DNA of 64,000 nt from assembly GCA_026770705.1 (NCBI GenBank), contig JANJGN010000001.1, forward strand, positions 100,254,001 through 100,318,000, read 5' to 3'. Of this stretch, positions 37,172-49,950 are shown one piece after another. The translations under genes and the position numbers were made by a program. Origin of the DNA: Isurus oxyrinchus (lineage: Eukaryota). The notes under the pieces are model-generated. The model was not told the origin of the DNA, searched no databases, and worked only from the letters and a program-made list of their open reading frames with translations. Within the stretch, counting starts at the first letter, position 1, and every line of letters begins with the position of its first letter.

Positions 37172-37284
37172 TTGACGGGCAATATGATCGGTGCAGGCTT
37201 GGAGGGCAGAAGGGCCTGTTCCTGTGCTGTACTTTTCTTTGTTCTTTGTTCTTTGAAAAAGGACACAAAACCAAATGTGAACAA

Positions 37285-38036
37285 GAAAGAATCCAACAAG
37301 AGAGAATCCAACCATCTCACCTTGATGTTCAATGGCATTGCCATCACTGAATCCCCCACTATCAACATCCTGGGGGTTAGCATTGACCTGAAACTGAACT
37401 GGACTAGCCAGATAAATACTGTGGCTACAAGAACAGGTCAGAGGCTAGGAATTGTATGATGAATAACTCACCTCCTGACTCCCCAAAAACTGTCCACCAT
37501 CTACAAGGCATAAGTCAGAAGTGTGATGGAATGCTCCACGCTTGCCTGAATGAGTGCAGTTCTCATAACACTCAAGAAGCTTGACACCATCCAGGACAAA
37601 GCAGCTCACTTGATTGGCACCACATCCACAAACATTCACTCCATCCACCACCAATACACAGTTCACAGCAGTGTGGACCACCTACCAGATGCACTGCAGG
37701 AATTCACAAAGGCTCCTTTAATAGCACGTTCCAAACCCACGACCACTACCATCTAGAAGAACAAAGGCAGAAGAAAAAATGGCAAATACCACCACCTGCA
37801 AGTTCCCCTCCAAGTCACTCACCATCCTGACTTGGAAATATATCACTGTTCCTTCATCGTCGCTGGGTGAAAATTCTGGAACTCCCCTCCTAACAGCACT
37901 GTGGATGTATCTACACCACATGGACTGCAACAGTTCAAGAAGGCAGCTCACTACCACCTTCTCAAGGGCAACTAGGGATGGGCAATAAATGCTGGCCCAG
38001 CCAGCAGAGCCCACATCCTGTGAATGAATAAAAAGA
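37285..38036 (+). mobile_element. Family B LINE 3' fragment
   Basis: ESPTINILGVSIDLKLNW; ends gaatgaataaaaa. Confidence 0.85.
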
Positions 38037-38888
38037 AAACTCACCTTGGGTGTAGTTCAATGGAACATATAAATTTGGGTATTTATGTATGTTCTAGTGA
38101 AAGGGAAGAGTAGGTGGGATGAATAAGATGACAGCTTTCTCTTGAAGATACTTGTATCTTTGCCTATGAACTTACAAGAGCATGAAATTTGATAATCTGG
38201 CCACCACCATTGGGACCATCACTGGAAAGTCAGGAAGAATTAGCATATGGTGCATCCTTTTCAAGACAGTGAAATCCAAGATGATGAAGTTGATTGGCAA
38301 AATACACAGCTCGATCCCTATAGACCTGCTAATGCTTCCACAAATGCAAAACAAGGTTACCACCAAGCATGACGAAGAGGTGTGTAGTGGAAGGAACAGG
38401 ACCCAAATAGAAAATTTAGGAAAAAGAGAATCCCTGGAAGCCACATCCAACGAATAGGGAAATGTGTAAAGGTGACTTACATATGTGAAAATTCCAACAG
38501 AGGATTAAAGAAGGAATTGGAGCAGCGGTGTGAGTGCGCAGAAGTGATTTGTAACTTGTGAAGTAACTGACCTGCGAGAGTACATGGTGCAGCTGCACTG
38601 AGGAACGGGCAGAGACTTGCTCAGCTACTTGACCAACAGCGTGACATGAAATGGTTAATATAGCCTGAAGAGTAAGAAAATATTTTTAGATGATCAAGGC
38701 ACTGACAAATATTCCATAGGGAAACCAACTTTAAGACAATTAATTTTACTCCCCTTGATCATTATTACCATCTTCGAGTTAAATTGAAGTAAGTATAAAA
38801 GAAATTTTGGATTGGGACAACTGAAGGCTAGGGAGAAATAGTACTTAGTAAGAATTATCCATAAGATGGATACAGGTGAAGGGAGAGC

Positions 38889-39782
38889 TGGAGAATCTTT
38901 TAAGTCCATGCATAATCTGTTGTTTTAATTATATGTACTTAGATGTGGTTTTAGAATTTAGAATTACGTTTGCATTTTTAGTTAAGTTGAGAGTTTGTTT
39001 GAATATCGAAGAGGATTCAGAGGTAACAAGAAACATATTTGCATCTTGCAGGAGTTCCATAGGTAAACAGTAGAGAGGATATTATATTTTATTGACCCAA
39101 AAGCAAAGACAAGATGGAAACATGAAAGTCTTTATATTTGGAAGGGTCTGAGTTTCTAAGAGGTGTGAGAACAGTGGGTGAAATGAAAGGGGGGGAAAGG
39201 TATTTTAAAGTTGCTGTTGAGCTGGAGCTATGGAGATAAGTGGAGATAGCTAGAGTTGTTTTAGCTGTTGAACTATAGCTGGAACTCTGGGCTGGGAAAG
39301 GATTAAGTTTCAATCACCCATCCAGTCAAACCAGAAAAGTCTTGGGCTGCAACAAGCAGTTTTATTCTGAAGTGGACTCTACCACAGAGTGGAAGAGGGT
39401 AAAGGTCATGTGGTATGTCTCTTTGAAGCTACAGCAGTTTGCCTTGTGTAATATTACTGGATTTCATAGCAGACATCTATAAGGGAGTGTTGCCTGGAAG
39501 GTGGTTACTTGTGAGTTAGACCAAGTAGAGAGAAATTAGGGGAATGTTTTGTAAGATAGCCTTAATTGTGTAACTGTAGTTTTGTGTGCTTAAGTTTTCT
39601 TTTATTTTTGTTAATAAAACTTTTGCTTTTAATTTTTACAATCACAAAAGTTTTACTGGACCTCTTACTGCTGAGATCGGTACACCTTCTTCTTGTTTTC
39701 AGAATATGAAAAGAAGGTTATGGCCTATAATCCCTCTGGGATTTGGTTTGCGCAGCAATTAACATCAGCTGTGGTCATAATA
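38889..39782 (+). mobile_element. LTR-like block (Gypsy-type) with upstream purine tract
   Basis: gaagggagag at 38878-38887 precedes it; aataaa at ~39613; ends gtggtcataata, similar to the 3' end of 12140-13403. Confidence 0.45.
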
Positions 39783-39982
39783 GTGAACCAGGTAAGTTTT
39801 TATAATAACTGATGGTAGTTTCATGTTCACCATTACTGAGACTACCTTTAAATGACAGGCTTTATTAATGAAGCTTAAATTCCACAGACTGCCATGGAGG
39901 GATCTGTACCTACATCCCCAGGGCATTAGCATGGGCTCTGGATTACTAGCCCAGTGACATTACCACTAAACCACCATCTCCA
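39783..39982 (-). mobile_element. tRNA-headed SINE, 5' half (tRNA-Thr-like head)
   Basis: Reverse complement GGAGATGGTGGTTTAGTGGTAATGTCACTGGGCTAGTAATCCAGAG: A box and CTAGTAA anticodon loop. Confidence 0.75.
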
Positions 39983-39994
39983 TTTTAGTACTGA

Positions 39995-40210
39995 AGAGAA
40001 ATTTCTTCACCCAAAGGGCTGTGAATCTTTGGAATTCTCTACTCCAGAGGGTTGTGGATGCTCCATCATTGAATATATTTAAGGCTGAGATAGGCAGATT
40101 TTTGGTCTCTCAAGGAATCAAGGGGTATGGGGAGCATACGGGCTAGTAAAGTTGAGGCCGAAGATCAGCCATGATCATATTGAAAGGCAGAGCAGGCTCG
40201 ACGAGCCATA
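39995..40210 (+). mobile_element. CR1 3'-end fragment
   Basis: aatttcttcacccaaagggctgtgaatctttggaattc...gatcagccatgatc, as in the other CR1 3' ends. Confidence 0.75.
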
Positions 40211-40757
40211 TAAATACTGTGGCTACAAGAGCACGTCAGAGGCTCCTGCTCAAAATTATGTTCTTATGTGGTAACCTTGTTGCAAGGTTCATTTTCATTA
40301 CAGGCAGGGTGGACTGCAGTGTAAGATGACTGCCAGATGTGCTCCTGAAATTTTCATAGATTATTTCCCTGCTTATCATGCAATGTGTCTTACAACAGAC
40401 TAGAAACAGAGGAGGGTGCAGACGTGACACGTTCCTGATTCATTTGGAGGGGCTCTGTGGATAGTTTGTCTCTGGAACCTTGAGGGATCATGAGACAGAG
40501 GTCAAGAAAGATGTAAAATTAAGATTCCCTTAAGCTCAGAGCCAAAACCTAATTTTCTCAATTCTTTTTCCAAATCATTGACGCAGTGGTATAAACTCAG
40601 TAGCAAAAGTATCACAAATGCAACACTGTAATGCAAGCTCTGCTTGGAGATTTCAAAACTCTTCACACACATGATTTGCCACAAGTCACTGTTACATAGG
40701 CAAAGATGACATGCATTTTGTACCTAGTCACATCTTAAACACAGTAATAAATCACTA

Positions 40758-41570
40758 AAAAAGAAAGCCTTGCATTTATACAACATTTTTTATGACCATC
40801 GGACATCTCAAGCATTTTACAGCCAATAAAGTACTTTTGAAGCACAGTCACTGTTGTAATTTGGGAAATTTGGCATCTAATTTGCACAGAGCAAATTCTT
40901 ACAAACAGCAAAGTGATAATGAGCAGATAATCTGCTTTTCTGTGATGTTGATTGAGGTATAAATATTGACCAGGGCACCAATTTCTTCCTCTATTATTCT
41001 TCAAAATATCGTGGAATCTTTGACATCCACTTGGGCAAGTAAATCAAGTAGATGGGGCCCCAATATACTATCTCATCCAAAAGTTCCCAAGTAGATGGGG
41101 CCCCAATATACTATCTCATCCAAAAGTTCCCAAGTAGATGGGGCCCCAATATACTATCTCATCCAAAAGTTCCCAAGTAGATGGGGCCCCAATATACTAT
41201 CTCATCCAAAAGTTCCCAAGTAGATGGGGCCCCAATATACTATCTCATCCAAAAGTTCCCAAGTAGATGGGGCCCCAATATATCTCATCCAAAAGTTCCC
41301 AAGTAGATGGGGCCCCAATATACTATCTCATCCTAAAGGCAGCACCTGTGACACTGCAACACGGGAGCATCTCCCTCGATTTTGCTCTCAAGTCCTGAAG
41401 TTGGATTTGGACATGGAACCTTGTGATTCAGAGACAAGTGTGTAACCAACTCAATCACAGCTGATAAAGGCAAAATACTGCGGATGCTGGAACTCTGAAA
41501 CAAATACAAAAAATGCTGGAAAAACTCAGCAGGTCTGACAACATCTGTCTTTCTCAGTCACAGCTGACAC
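40758..41570 (-). mobile_element. DeuSINE/SacSINE1-like SINE containing a minisatellite and a small PLE insertion
   Basis: tttacagccaat..agtacttttgaag..agtcactgttgtaat...cagataatctg block, also seen at 46070-46460. PLE piece 41465-41557 is flanked by tcacagctga. Confidence 0.65.
41045..41338. repeat. 43-bp minisatellite, ~6.9 nearly identical copies
   Basis: Unit caagtagatggggccccaatatactatctcatccaaaagttcc at 41045, 41088, 41131, 41174, 41217, 41260 (3-nt deletion) and 41300. Confidence 0.95.
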
Positions 41571-41749
41571 TGACAGCGACCTGTTAATCTGTTTCCTTTT
41601 GTGGAGTTGACCGTGAGAACTCTCTGTTCTTCTTTGAATGGTGCCTTCTCAACCATAGGAAAAGGTAAATATGGAGCATGAATTTTAACATTGCATCAGG
41701 AAGACAGCACCTCACTCAGTACTGTGCAAGACTTTCAGCTTGGTTTCTT

Positions 41750-44700
41750 GTTTTTTTTATTCATTTACTGGATGTGGGCAACTCTGGCTAGGTCAGCATT
41801 TATTGCCCACCCCTAATTGCCCTCGGAAAGGAGGTAGTGAGCTGCCTTTCTTGAACCGCTGAAGTCCCTGCGGTGTAGGTACACCCACAGTGCTGTTAGG
41901 AAGGGAGTTCCAGGATTTTGACCCAGCAACAATGAAAGAACGGCGTTATATTTCCAAGTCAGAATGATGAGTGGCTTGGAGGAGAACTTCCAGGTGGTGG
42001 TGTTCCCATATATCTGCTGCCCTTGTCTTTCTAGATTGTCATGGTCATGGTTTTGGAGGGTGCTGCCTAAGGGGCCTGGAGAGCTTCTGCAGTGCATCTT
42101 GTAGATGGTACACACTGCTGCCCGTGTTCGTCAGTGGTGGAGGGAGTGAATGTTTGTGGAAGGGGTGCTTTGTCCTGGATGGTGTCAAGCTTCTTGAGTG
42201 TTGTTGGAGCTGCACACATCCAGGTAAGTGGAGAGTATTCCATCAAACTCCTGACTTGTGCATTGTAGATGGTGGACAGGCTTTGGGGAGTCAGGAGGCG
42301 AGTTACTCACTACAGGATTCCCAACCTTTGACCTGCACTTGCAGCCACAGTATTTATATAGCTAGTCCAGTTCAGTTTCTGGTCAATGTTAACCTCCAGG
42401 ATGTTGATAGTGAGGGGTTCAGTGATGGTAATGCTTTTGAATGTCAAGGGCTAGATTCTCTCTTTTTCAAGATGGTCATTGCCTGGCACTTGTGTGGTGC
42501 GAATGTCACTTGCCACTTGTCAGCCCAAACTGGATATTGTCCAAGTCTTGTTGCATTTGGACATGGGCTGCTTCAGTATCAGAGGAGTCCTGAATGGTGC
42601 TGAACATTGTGCAATCATCAGCGAACATCCCCAGTTCTGATGTTATGATGAAAGGAAGGTCATTGATGAAGCAGCTGAAGATGTTGGGCCTGGGACACCA
42701 CCCTGAGGAACTCCTGCAATGACGCTCTGGAACTGAGAAGATTGACCTCCAACAACCTCCAACAACCACAACCATCTTCCTTTGTGCGAGGTATGACACA
42801 AACCAGCAGAGAGTTTTCCCCCAAACTCCCATTGACTCCAGTTTTGTTAGGGCTCCTTGATGTCACAGTCGGACAAATGCTGCCTTGATGTCAAGGGCAG
42901 TCACTCTCACCTCACTTCTGGAGTTCAGCTCTTTTGTCCATGTTTGAACCAAGGCTGTAATCAGATCAGAAACTGAGTGACTCTGGCGGAACCAAGCTGG
43001 GCATCAGTGAACAAGTTATTGCTAAACAAGTGCCACTTGGTAGCACTGTTGAAGACCCCTTCCATTACTTTACTGATGATGTCGAATAGACTGATGGAAT
43101 GGTAATTGGTTGGGTTGGACTTGTCCTGCTTTTTGTGTACAGGGCATACTTGGGCAATTTTCCACAATGTCGGGTAGATGTCTATATTGTAGCTGTACTG
43201 GAACAGCTTGGCTAGGGGCACGGCAAGTTCTGGAATACAAGTCTTCAGTACTTTTTCTGGAATGCTGTCAGGGCACATGGCCTTTTCAATATCCAGTGCC
43301 TTCAGTTGTTTCTTGATATCATGTGGGGTGAAACAAATTGGCTGAAGACAGTCAACTATGATGCGGGAGACTTCCAGAGGAAGCCAAGATGATTCATCCA
43401 CTTGGCACTTCTGGCTGAAGATTGTTGCCAATGCTTCAGCCTTATCTTTTGCACTGATGTGCTGGGCTCCTCCATCATGGGGATATTTGTGGACCCCCCT
43501 CCTCCAGTCAGTTGTTATATGTCCATCACCATTCTTGACTGGGTATGGCAGGACTGCAGGGCTTAGATCTGATCCATTGGCTGTGGAATTGCTTAGCTCT
43601 GTCTGTCACTTGCTGCTTATTCTATTTGGCACGCAAGAAGTCCTGTGTTGTAGCTTCACCAGGTGGACACCTAATTTTTAGGTATGCTTGATGCTTCTCC
43701 TGGTATGCCCTCATCATTGAACCAGGGCTAGTCCCTTGGCTTGGTGGTAATGGTAGAGTGGGGGGTATGCTGGGTCATGAGGTTACAGATTGTGGTTGAA
43801 TACAATTCTGCTGCTGCTGATGGCACCAGTGCCCCATGGATGCCCAGTCTTGAGTTTCTAGATCTGTTCAAAATCTATCCCATTTAGCACAGTGGTAGTG
43901 CCACAAAATGCAGTGCAGCGTGTCCTCAATGTGGAGACGGGACTTTGTCTCTACAAGGTCTGTGTGGTGGCCACTCCTACCGATGCTGTCATGGACAGAT
44001 GCATCTGTGGCAGGCAGGCTGGTGAGGATGAGGCCAATATGTTTTTCCCTCTTGTTGATTCCCTCACCACTTGCCACAGACCCAATCTAGCAGCTATGCC
44101 CTTTAGGGCTTGGTCAGTTCAGCTACCAAGCCACTCTTGGCGATGGACATTGAAGTCACCCACTCAGGGTTCATTTTGCATCCTTGCCACCCTCAGTGCT
44201 TCCTCCAAGTAATGTTCAACATGGAGGAGCAATGATTCATCAGCTGAGGGAGAGTGGTACGTGATAATCAGCAGGAGGTTTCCTTGCCCATGTTTGACCT
44301 GTTGCCATGAGGCTTCATGGAATCCAGAGTCAATGTTGAGGACTCCCCGGGCAACTCCCTCCTGACTGTATACCACTGTGCCACCACCTCTGCTGTGTCT
44401 GTCCTGCCAGTGGGACTGGACATACCCAGGAATGGTGATGGTGGTATCTGGGGCATTTTCTGTAAGGTATGACTCCGTGAGGATGACTCTATCAGACTGT
44501 CGCTTGACTAGTCTGCGAGGCAGCTCTCCCAATTTTGACACTAGCCCCAAGATGTTAGTAAGGAGGATTTTGCAGGATCAACAGGGCTGAGTTTGCCATT
44601 GTTGTTTCTGGTGCCTAGGTTAATGCCGGGTCGTCCGTTCAGTTTCATTCCATTTTATTGACTTTTTAGTGGTTTGATTCAACTGAGTGGTTTGCTAGGC

Positions 44701-44830
44701 CATTTCAGAGGGCATTTAAGAGTCAACCACATTACTGCAGGCCTGGTGTCACATGCAGGCCAGACCAGGTGAGGATGGCACCTAGGTCAGTAGTGGCCCA
44801 AAAGGGCTTTAGTGAACCAGGCGAGTTTTG
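41750..44830 (-). mobile_element. Near-full-length family B LINE (single APE-RT ORF, degenerate)
   Basis: ILTESYL...RGGGTVVY (44164-44550), YHSISL..ISKVME, ALDIKAAF, MFADDCT; 3' tail at 41750-41820. Confidence 0.9.
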
Positions 44831-46064
44831 TTGCACTATCTAGCTCAAAAGAGAGATTACTAACAACTGAGCCAAATTGGTATCTTTATAGCCCTTTATC
44901 AGCAGACTGTAACATGTCTAGTGTCCACAAGCATACCAGTACATCATTCCACCTTACATCACTGTCACTATCTTTGTCAAGCAACAGCACACTCAGCCCA
45001 AAAGATATAGATAGTGAACTTGGGGAGATAGCACCAGATGACTCACAGTGCACAATTGAGGAGGGGTAAGTGAAAGTGACAGCCAGCTGCTTTCCAGAGA
45101 GCTATCCCAGTTTATCCATGTTGCCTCTGCGTTTGGCCCTCTCAGGGCCTGAGTATAGGAGAAGAAAGTTTTTGAAGCAAGATCGTCTACAATAATTGCT
45201 TAATTCTGTTCAAATATGTTGCAAGATCTGGCTAGGAGAGTGAGCTGTTTGGCAACCGCAGGGCCGTCTGCAGTAGAATCCCCAGTGACTGGGGTCTAGC
45301 GGAACTGGAGTCTCTTTTATGAATGTGAACATTTATATAATCCTTGAACTCGCATCTCTTGTCCACATTAAATATGCTATGGGATTGAATGGACAGACAC
45401 ATGAGGCAACAGTTCACCTGCCTGATTAGTCTACCTCCTGCTGTATCTCAGGGCAGTACTGCCTCTGGCTCTTGCCCTGCTCAAGTGACAAAAGCAACCG
45501 GAATTGACCAGCCACAGCAGCAGAATGGCCTTCTCAAGGTATAACTCTCTACTCAGTTTTAGTGGTTTCTGCACTTGGACTCTTAAATCTCTCTGCTCCT
45601 TCATAGTTCCTAGCTTCTCACCATTTAGAGAATCTGTTCCTTCACTGTCGCTGGGTCAAAATCCTGGTACTGATCCTAACAGCACTGTGGATGTACTTAC
45701 ACAGCATGGACTGCAGCGGTTCAAGAAGACAGCTCACCACCACCTTCTCAAGAGCAACTAGGGATGCCCAACATCCCGTGAAAGAATAAAAAATACTCTG
45801 ATCTTGTCCGTTTACTGTATTTTCATCAATTTACTTAGTTTATCAATATCACTTTGCAACTTCCTGCTCTTATATGCATTTTGAGCTGGACTGTGTAACT
45901 TAGTGTCTTTGGCAAACTTAGATATACTACTCTCTATTCCTTCATTTAAGTCTTTTACAAATAAATGAAAAACTAAGACTCTGGAACAGATCCTTTGGGG
46001 ATAGCACTGGTTACATTCTGCCTGAAAGAATAGACTTTCATTTATCTAGCAACTTTAATGTCCT

Positions 46065-46462
46065 TTGAACAGTCCAAAGCATATTACAGCCAATTAAGTA
46101 CTGTTTGAGGCATAGTCACTGTTGTAATGTAGGGAACACAGCAGCTAATTTGCACACCGCAAGGTCCCACAAATAACAATGTGACAATGACCAGATAATC
46201 TGACTCTAGGTTGAGCAATAAATGTTGGCTAGGACATTAGGGAAAACCCGACGGACTTTTTTCAAATAATGCCCTGTGGTCTTTTACACGCATATGAACG
46301 GGCAGACAGGGCCCCAGTTTAACATCTATCTGAAGGATGGCACCTTCCACAGTGCAGCACACTCTTAGTACTGCATTGGAACAACAATTGGAGTATTTGC
46401 TCAAGTCTCTCAAGTGAGTCTTGAAGCCAGCACCTTCTGATACAAAGACAAGAGTGCCTTCC
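46065..46462 (-). mobile_element. DeuSINE/SacSINE1-like SINE
   Basis: Homologous to 40758-41460 without the minisatellite. Confidence 0.65.
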
Positions 46463-46893
46463 ATTAAGCCATGGCTGACATCCTATTGGTAGCCTACCCA
46501 TTATCCATAGTCTAATACTCCCAGCTTCTAACCAATTCCCTACTGAGATCAATAGGCTGTCTCCAGTCCCATGCATTCTCATTTTTGTTAGCATCCTTTA
46601 TGTAGAACACTAATGAATGCCTTCTAGAAATTCATGCAGTTTCTTTTATCCACCACACTAGTTATCTCCTCAAAAAGTTCAACTAGCTTCATTACAAACC
46701 ATGGAACCTTGCTTAGATCTCAATTAAATGAGTACTGTACACGCTCCTGGTCTTCATATTATAAAACAGATATGGAGAGTGGAAGTACAAAATAGACTTA
46801 AGGACGATACTAGATTTTAATTTTTTTAAATGTCCACAATCAAAGACAGGGTAGCTAGCACCTTATTTCTACACTGAAGCTACATCTTAAAAT

Positions 46894-46903
46894 GGAACAG
46901 AAA
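46894..46903 (+). promoter_or_regulatory. Candidate Ets-IRF composite element (PU.1/IRF4) in the JCHAIN proximal promoter
   Basis: GGAACAGAAA fits GGAANNGAAA; ~140 bp upstream of the ATG in non-repetitive sequence. Confidence 0.45.
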
Positions 46904-47041
46904 CTAACCTGGAGTTATTAAAAGAAACAAACTCATAAGACAGGCAAAACCGTTTGCTGTTTCATTTTGTTTAAGCTACAGTTGTGGCCAAGTGAACAGC
47001 TGCCACACTGAAGGAAGATCATAGAAGGAGACAGTCTCACG

Positions 47042-47111
47042 ATGAAGACTAAACATATGCGAGGGCCACTTGCAGCAATTCTACTTTACACATGTGCAAC
47101 TCTTACAGCAG
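47042..47111 (+). CDS. JCHAIN: Immunoglobulin J chain, coding exon 1 (signal peptide)
   Basis: MKTKHMRGPLAAILLYTCATLTA+g, donor G|GTAAAG, phase 1 compatible with exon 2. The second ATG at 47057 is an alternative start. Confidence 0.8.
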
Positions 47112-48351
47112 GTAAAGTTTTAATTATTATTACATTTTGCATTATGGCATATGATGAGTAAATACTTCCTGTTTTGTTAGCCCAGGGGCATGGGAAGACT
47201 AGGGACTTCTCCATGATAATTAGACACGGTATCAGTGGACTTAGGTTAAGTGAGGACGGTATGAGTGTTCACCAAAGATCTATGCCATAGATTGAATTTT
47301 CAATGTTCATTTGTGAACATTGATGTTGTGTACCATGGTTGTGTAATCTCTTTGTTGTAAACTAAAGGGGAAATGGGCACTTTTGCACACTTTGGACAGA
47401 GACAAAATTAAGTCAAGGTTGTTAACTTACCTGACAGTTATTCCTAATATGTCAGAACAAGCTTTCAAAATGTGTCTGTCAGCCTAATGTTAAAGTATTT
47501 TAGTATCTCACAGCAAGGTAACTATACATTAAGCAATAATTACAATGACTATCTGTTTCTGTGTATCTCAAAATGGAAAATGGACTACTTGGTCAAGGAC
47601 CATTCTTTTAATGAGGTGAGCTGTTTTAAAGATGTTGTTTGAGGGATAAATGGTAATCCGTACGCTGGGAGAACCTTTCTGCTCATCTTTGAATATTTTC
47701 ATTAGAACTTTTATGTCTGCTTGCGAAGGCAGGCAATGCTTTGGTTCAATGTCTTATTCTGAAGAAAGTGACAGTACAAGGCCCTTTCTACAATGTTCAA
47801 AGTCACATCAAAAGGCATGATTTTTAAAAAAAACTTTTACATTGTTTCTTGATGAGGGAGTTTAACAGTGTATATTATATTAAATCCATGATATGTCAAG
47901 GATTACCAGAGAAACTCTTGAGATAGTCCTGTGTTGCACCTGAACAGTTTTGCCCCTCATTTCCTCTCTCCTATGGGTTAGTACCTAGCCTCTGTTCAGT
48001 GTTTCCTAACAGCAATTTCTTAAGTTAAAAACTGCAAGGATACAGCTTTCACAACACTTTGCACAAACTAGTAATTTCATGTATTAACTTTTACACTTCA
48101 TTAGTCAGATAGTGCCTTTCAGAACCTAATAGGTACAAGTTCTCCAGCTTTCTATTTCTTATTGAGAGGAAGTGACCTGGCTCTGCTCGATACTTTTATT
48201 TTTAATTTTTAAAATTGTTTAACACACACCTAGTCTCTCTCGGTAAGGCAATGAATTAGTATATTAATATGCTAATACATTGTCAGGTCACGTCCACTTG
48301 TTTATCTCACACAAATATCAGAAAATTGTTAGATCAGGTCCTGAAATAAGC

Positions 48352-48567
48352 AGAAAGATAAAAGTAAAATACTGCGGATGCTGGAAATCCAAAACAAAAA
48401 CAAAAATACCTGGAAAAATTCAGCAAGTCTGGCAGTATCTGCGGAGAGGAACACAGTTAACATTTCGAGTCTGAATGACCCTTCAACAGAACTAAGTAAA
48501 AATAGAAGAGATGTGACTCCGCAGAGGCTGCCAGACTTGCTGAGTTTTTCCAGGTATTTTTGTTTTT
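48352..48567. mobile_element. PLE-derived inverted-repeat insertion with 14-bp TSD (JCHAIN intron 1)
   Basis: gtcctgaaataagc at 48338-48351 and 48568-48581. Arms caaaaacaaaaatacctggaaaaa...ctgcggag and its reverse complement. Confidence 0.85.
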
Positions 48568-48879
48568 GTCCTGAAATAAGCTGAATGGTCTATTCCCATT
48601 TTGGATCAAGACCTTGGTTAAAGCTTAAAATTGGAAAAGATGCAGTTGCTGATGAACTATTGTAGCATATGATAAATTCCAGAATGTGCCAGAAGTGTTT
48701 GAGTTCAAATTAACTCATCTCCTTTGTAAACTAAGACAAATCATGATAAGCTCATCAGAGTATACACATTTGCCTGTTTTAACTTTAACCAACAGCCTTG
48801 TCATTCTCCTGCAGCAAATGTGATGTGCATTTTATTTGACTCAATGTAGGCTAGAAATACAGGACATTGGCAGAGACTG

Positions 48880-49950
48880 TAAAGAGATATCAGCAGCTGC
48901 AAAAAGGTATAGACAGGTTAAGTGAGTGGGCAACAAGGTGGCAGATGGAATATAATGTGAGAAGGTGTGAGATTACTCACTTTCATAATAAGACTAGAAA
49001 CGCAGAATATTTTTTAAAAAGTGTGAAACTTTTAAACATTGATGTTCGGAGACATTTGGATGTACTATGTACATGAAAAACAAAAATATAGCATGCAGGT
49101 ACAGCAAGCAATTAGGAAGGCAAAAGGCATGTTGGGGATTGGAGTACAAGAATAAAGAACTCTTGCTACAATTGTATAGATCTTGGTGAGACCACACCTG
49201 GAACACTGCGCACAGTTTTTGGTCTCCATATCTCAGAAAGGATATATTTGCCTTGGAGGCAATACAGTGAAGGTTCACTGCATTGATTCCTGGGAATGAA
49301 ACGTTTTCTTGTGAGACTGAGTAAATTGAGCCTATATTCTCTTGAATTTAGAAGAATGAGAGATGGGTCTTATTGAAACATACAAGATCCTGAAGGGACT
49401 TGACTGAGAGGTTGTTTCCCCTGGCTGGGGAATCTAGAACATGGGGCACCTTCTCAGGATAAGGGATCAATCAGTTAGGGCTGAGACGAGGAGAAATTTC
49501 TTCACTCAGAAATTTGTGAATCTTAGGAATTCACTACCCTAGATGGTTGTGAATACTTCATTATTGAGTATATTCAAGGCTGGGATAAATGGATTTTGAA
49601 CTCTCAGGAATTCAAATGATATGGGAAGTGGGAGTAAGAATGGAGTTAAGGCAGAAGCTCAACCTTATTATCAATAAAAACAGAAAATGCTGGAAAAACT
49701 CAGCAGACCTAGCAGCATATGTGGAGAGAGAAAAACAGAGTTAATGTTTTGAGTCCATGTGACCCTTCTTCATCACTCTCTCCACAGATGCTGCCAGACC
49801 TGCTGAGTTTTTCCAGCATTTTCTGTTTTTATTTCAGATTTCTAGCATCCGCAGTATTTTGCTTTTATCTCAGCCTTATTATGTTGAATGGTGGAGCAGT
49901 GTCAAGAGGCCATATAGTCTACTCAGCTCCTATTTTTATGGTCTTATGAT
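48880..49950 (+). mobile_element. CR1 3' fragment containing a PLE inverted insertion (49672-49868, TSD ctca(a/g)ccttattat)
   Basis: RLSEWATRWQMEYN, LVRPHLE remnants and CR1 tail. TSD copies at 49658-49671 and 49869-49882. Confidence 0.85.

Larger units (their letters stand above)
32788..37253 (+). mobile_element. Young full-length CR1 LINE (ORF1 33312-34235, ORF2 34297-37171, few disruptions)
   Basis: ORF1 CFTC...CSKC zinc finger plus GDS esterase. ORF2 FNARSI, TETWL, GDFN, YMDFSKAFD, GVPQGSVLGP, FADDTK. 552-aa uninterrupted RT ORF; ttctttg tail. Confidence 0.95.

Noticed and set aside
38160-38520. Possible coding remnant (gag-like or host exon)
   Set aside because: No recognisable motif in any frame and stops are present; a call cannot be supported without a search.
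41045-41338. CRISPR-like array
   Set aside because: Units are head-to-tail with no unique spacers, there are no cas genes, and the context is vertebrate. It is a minisatellite.
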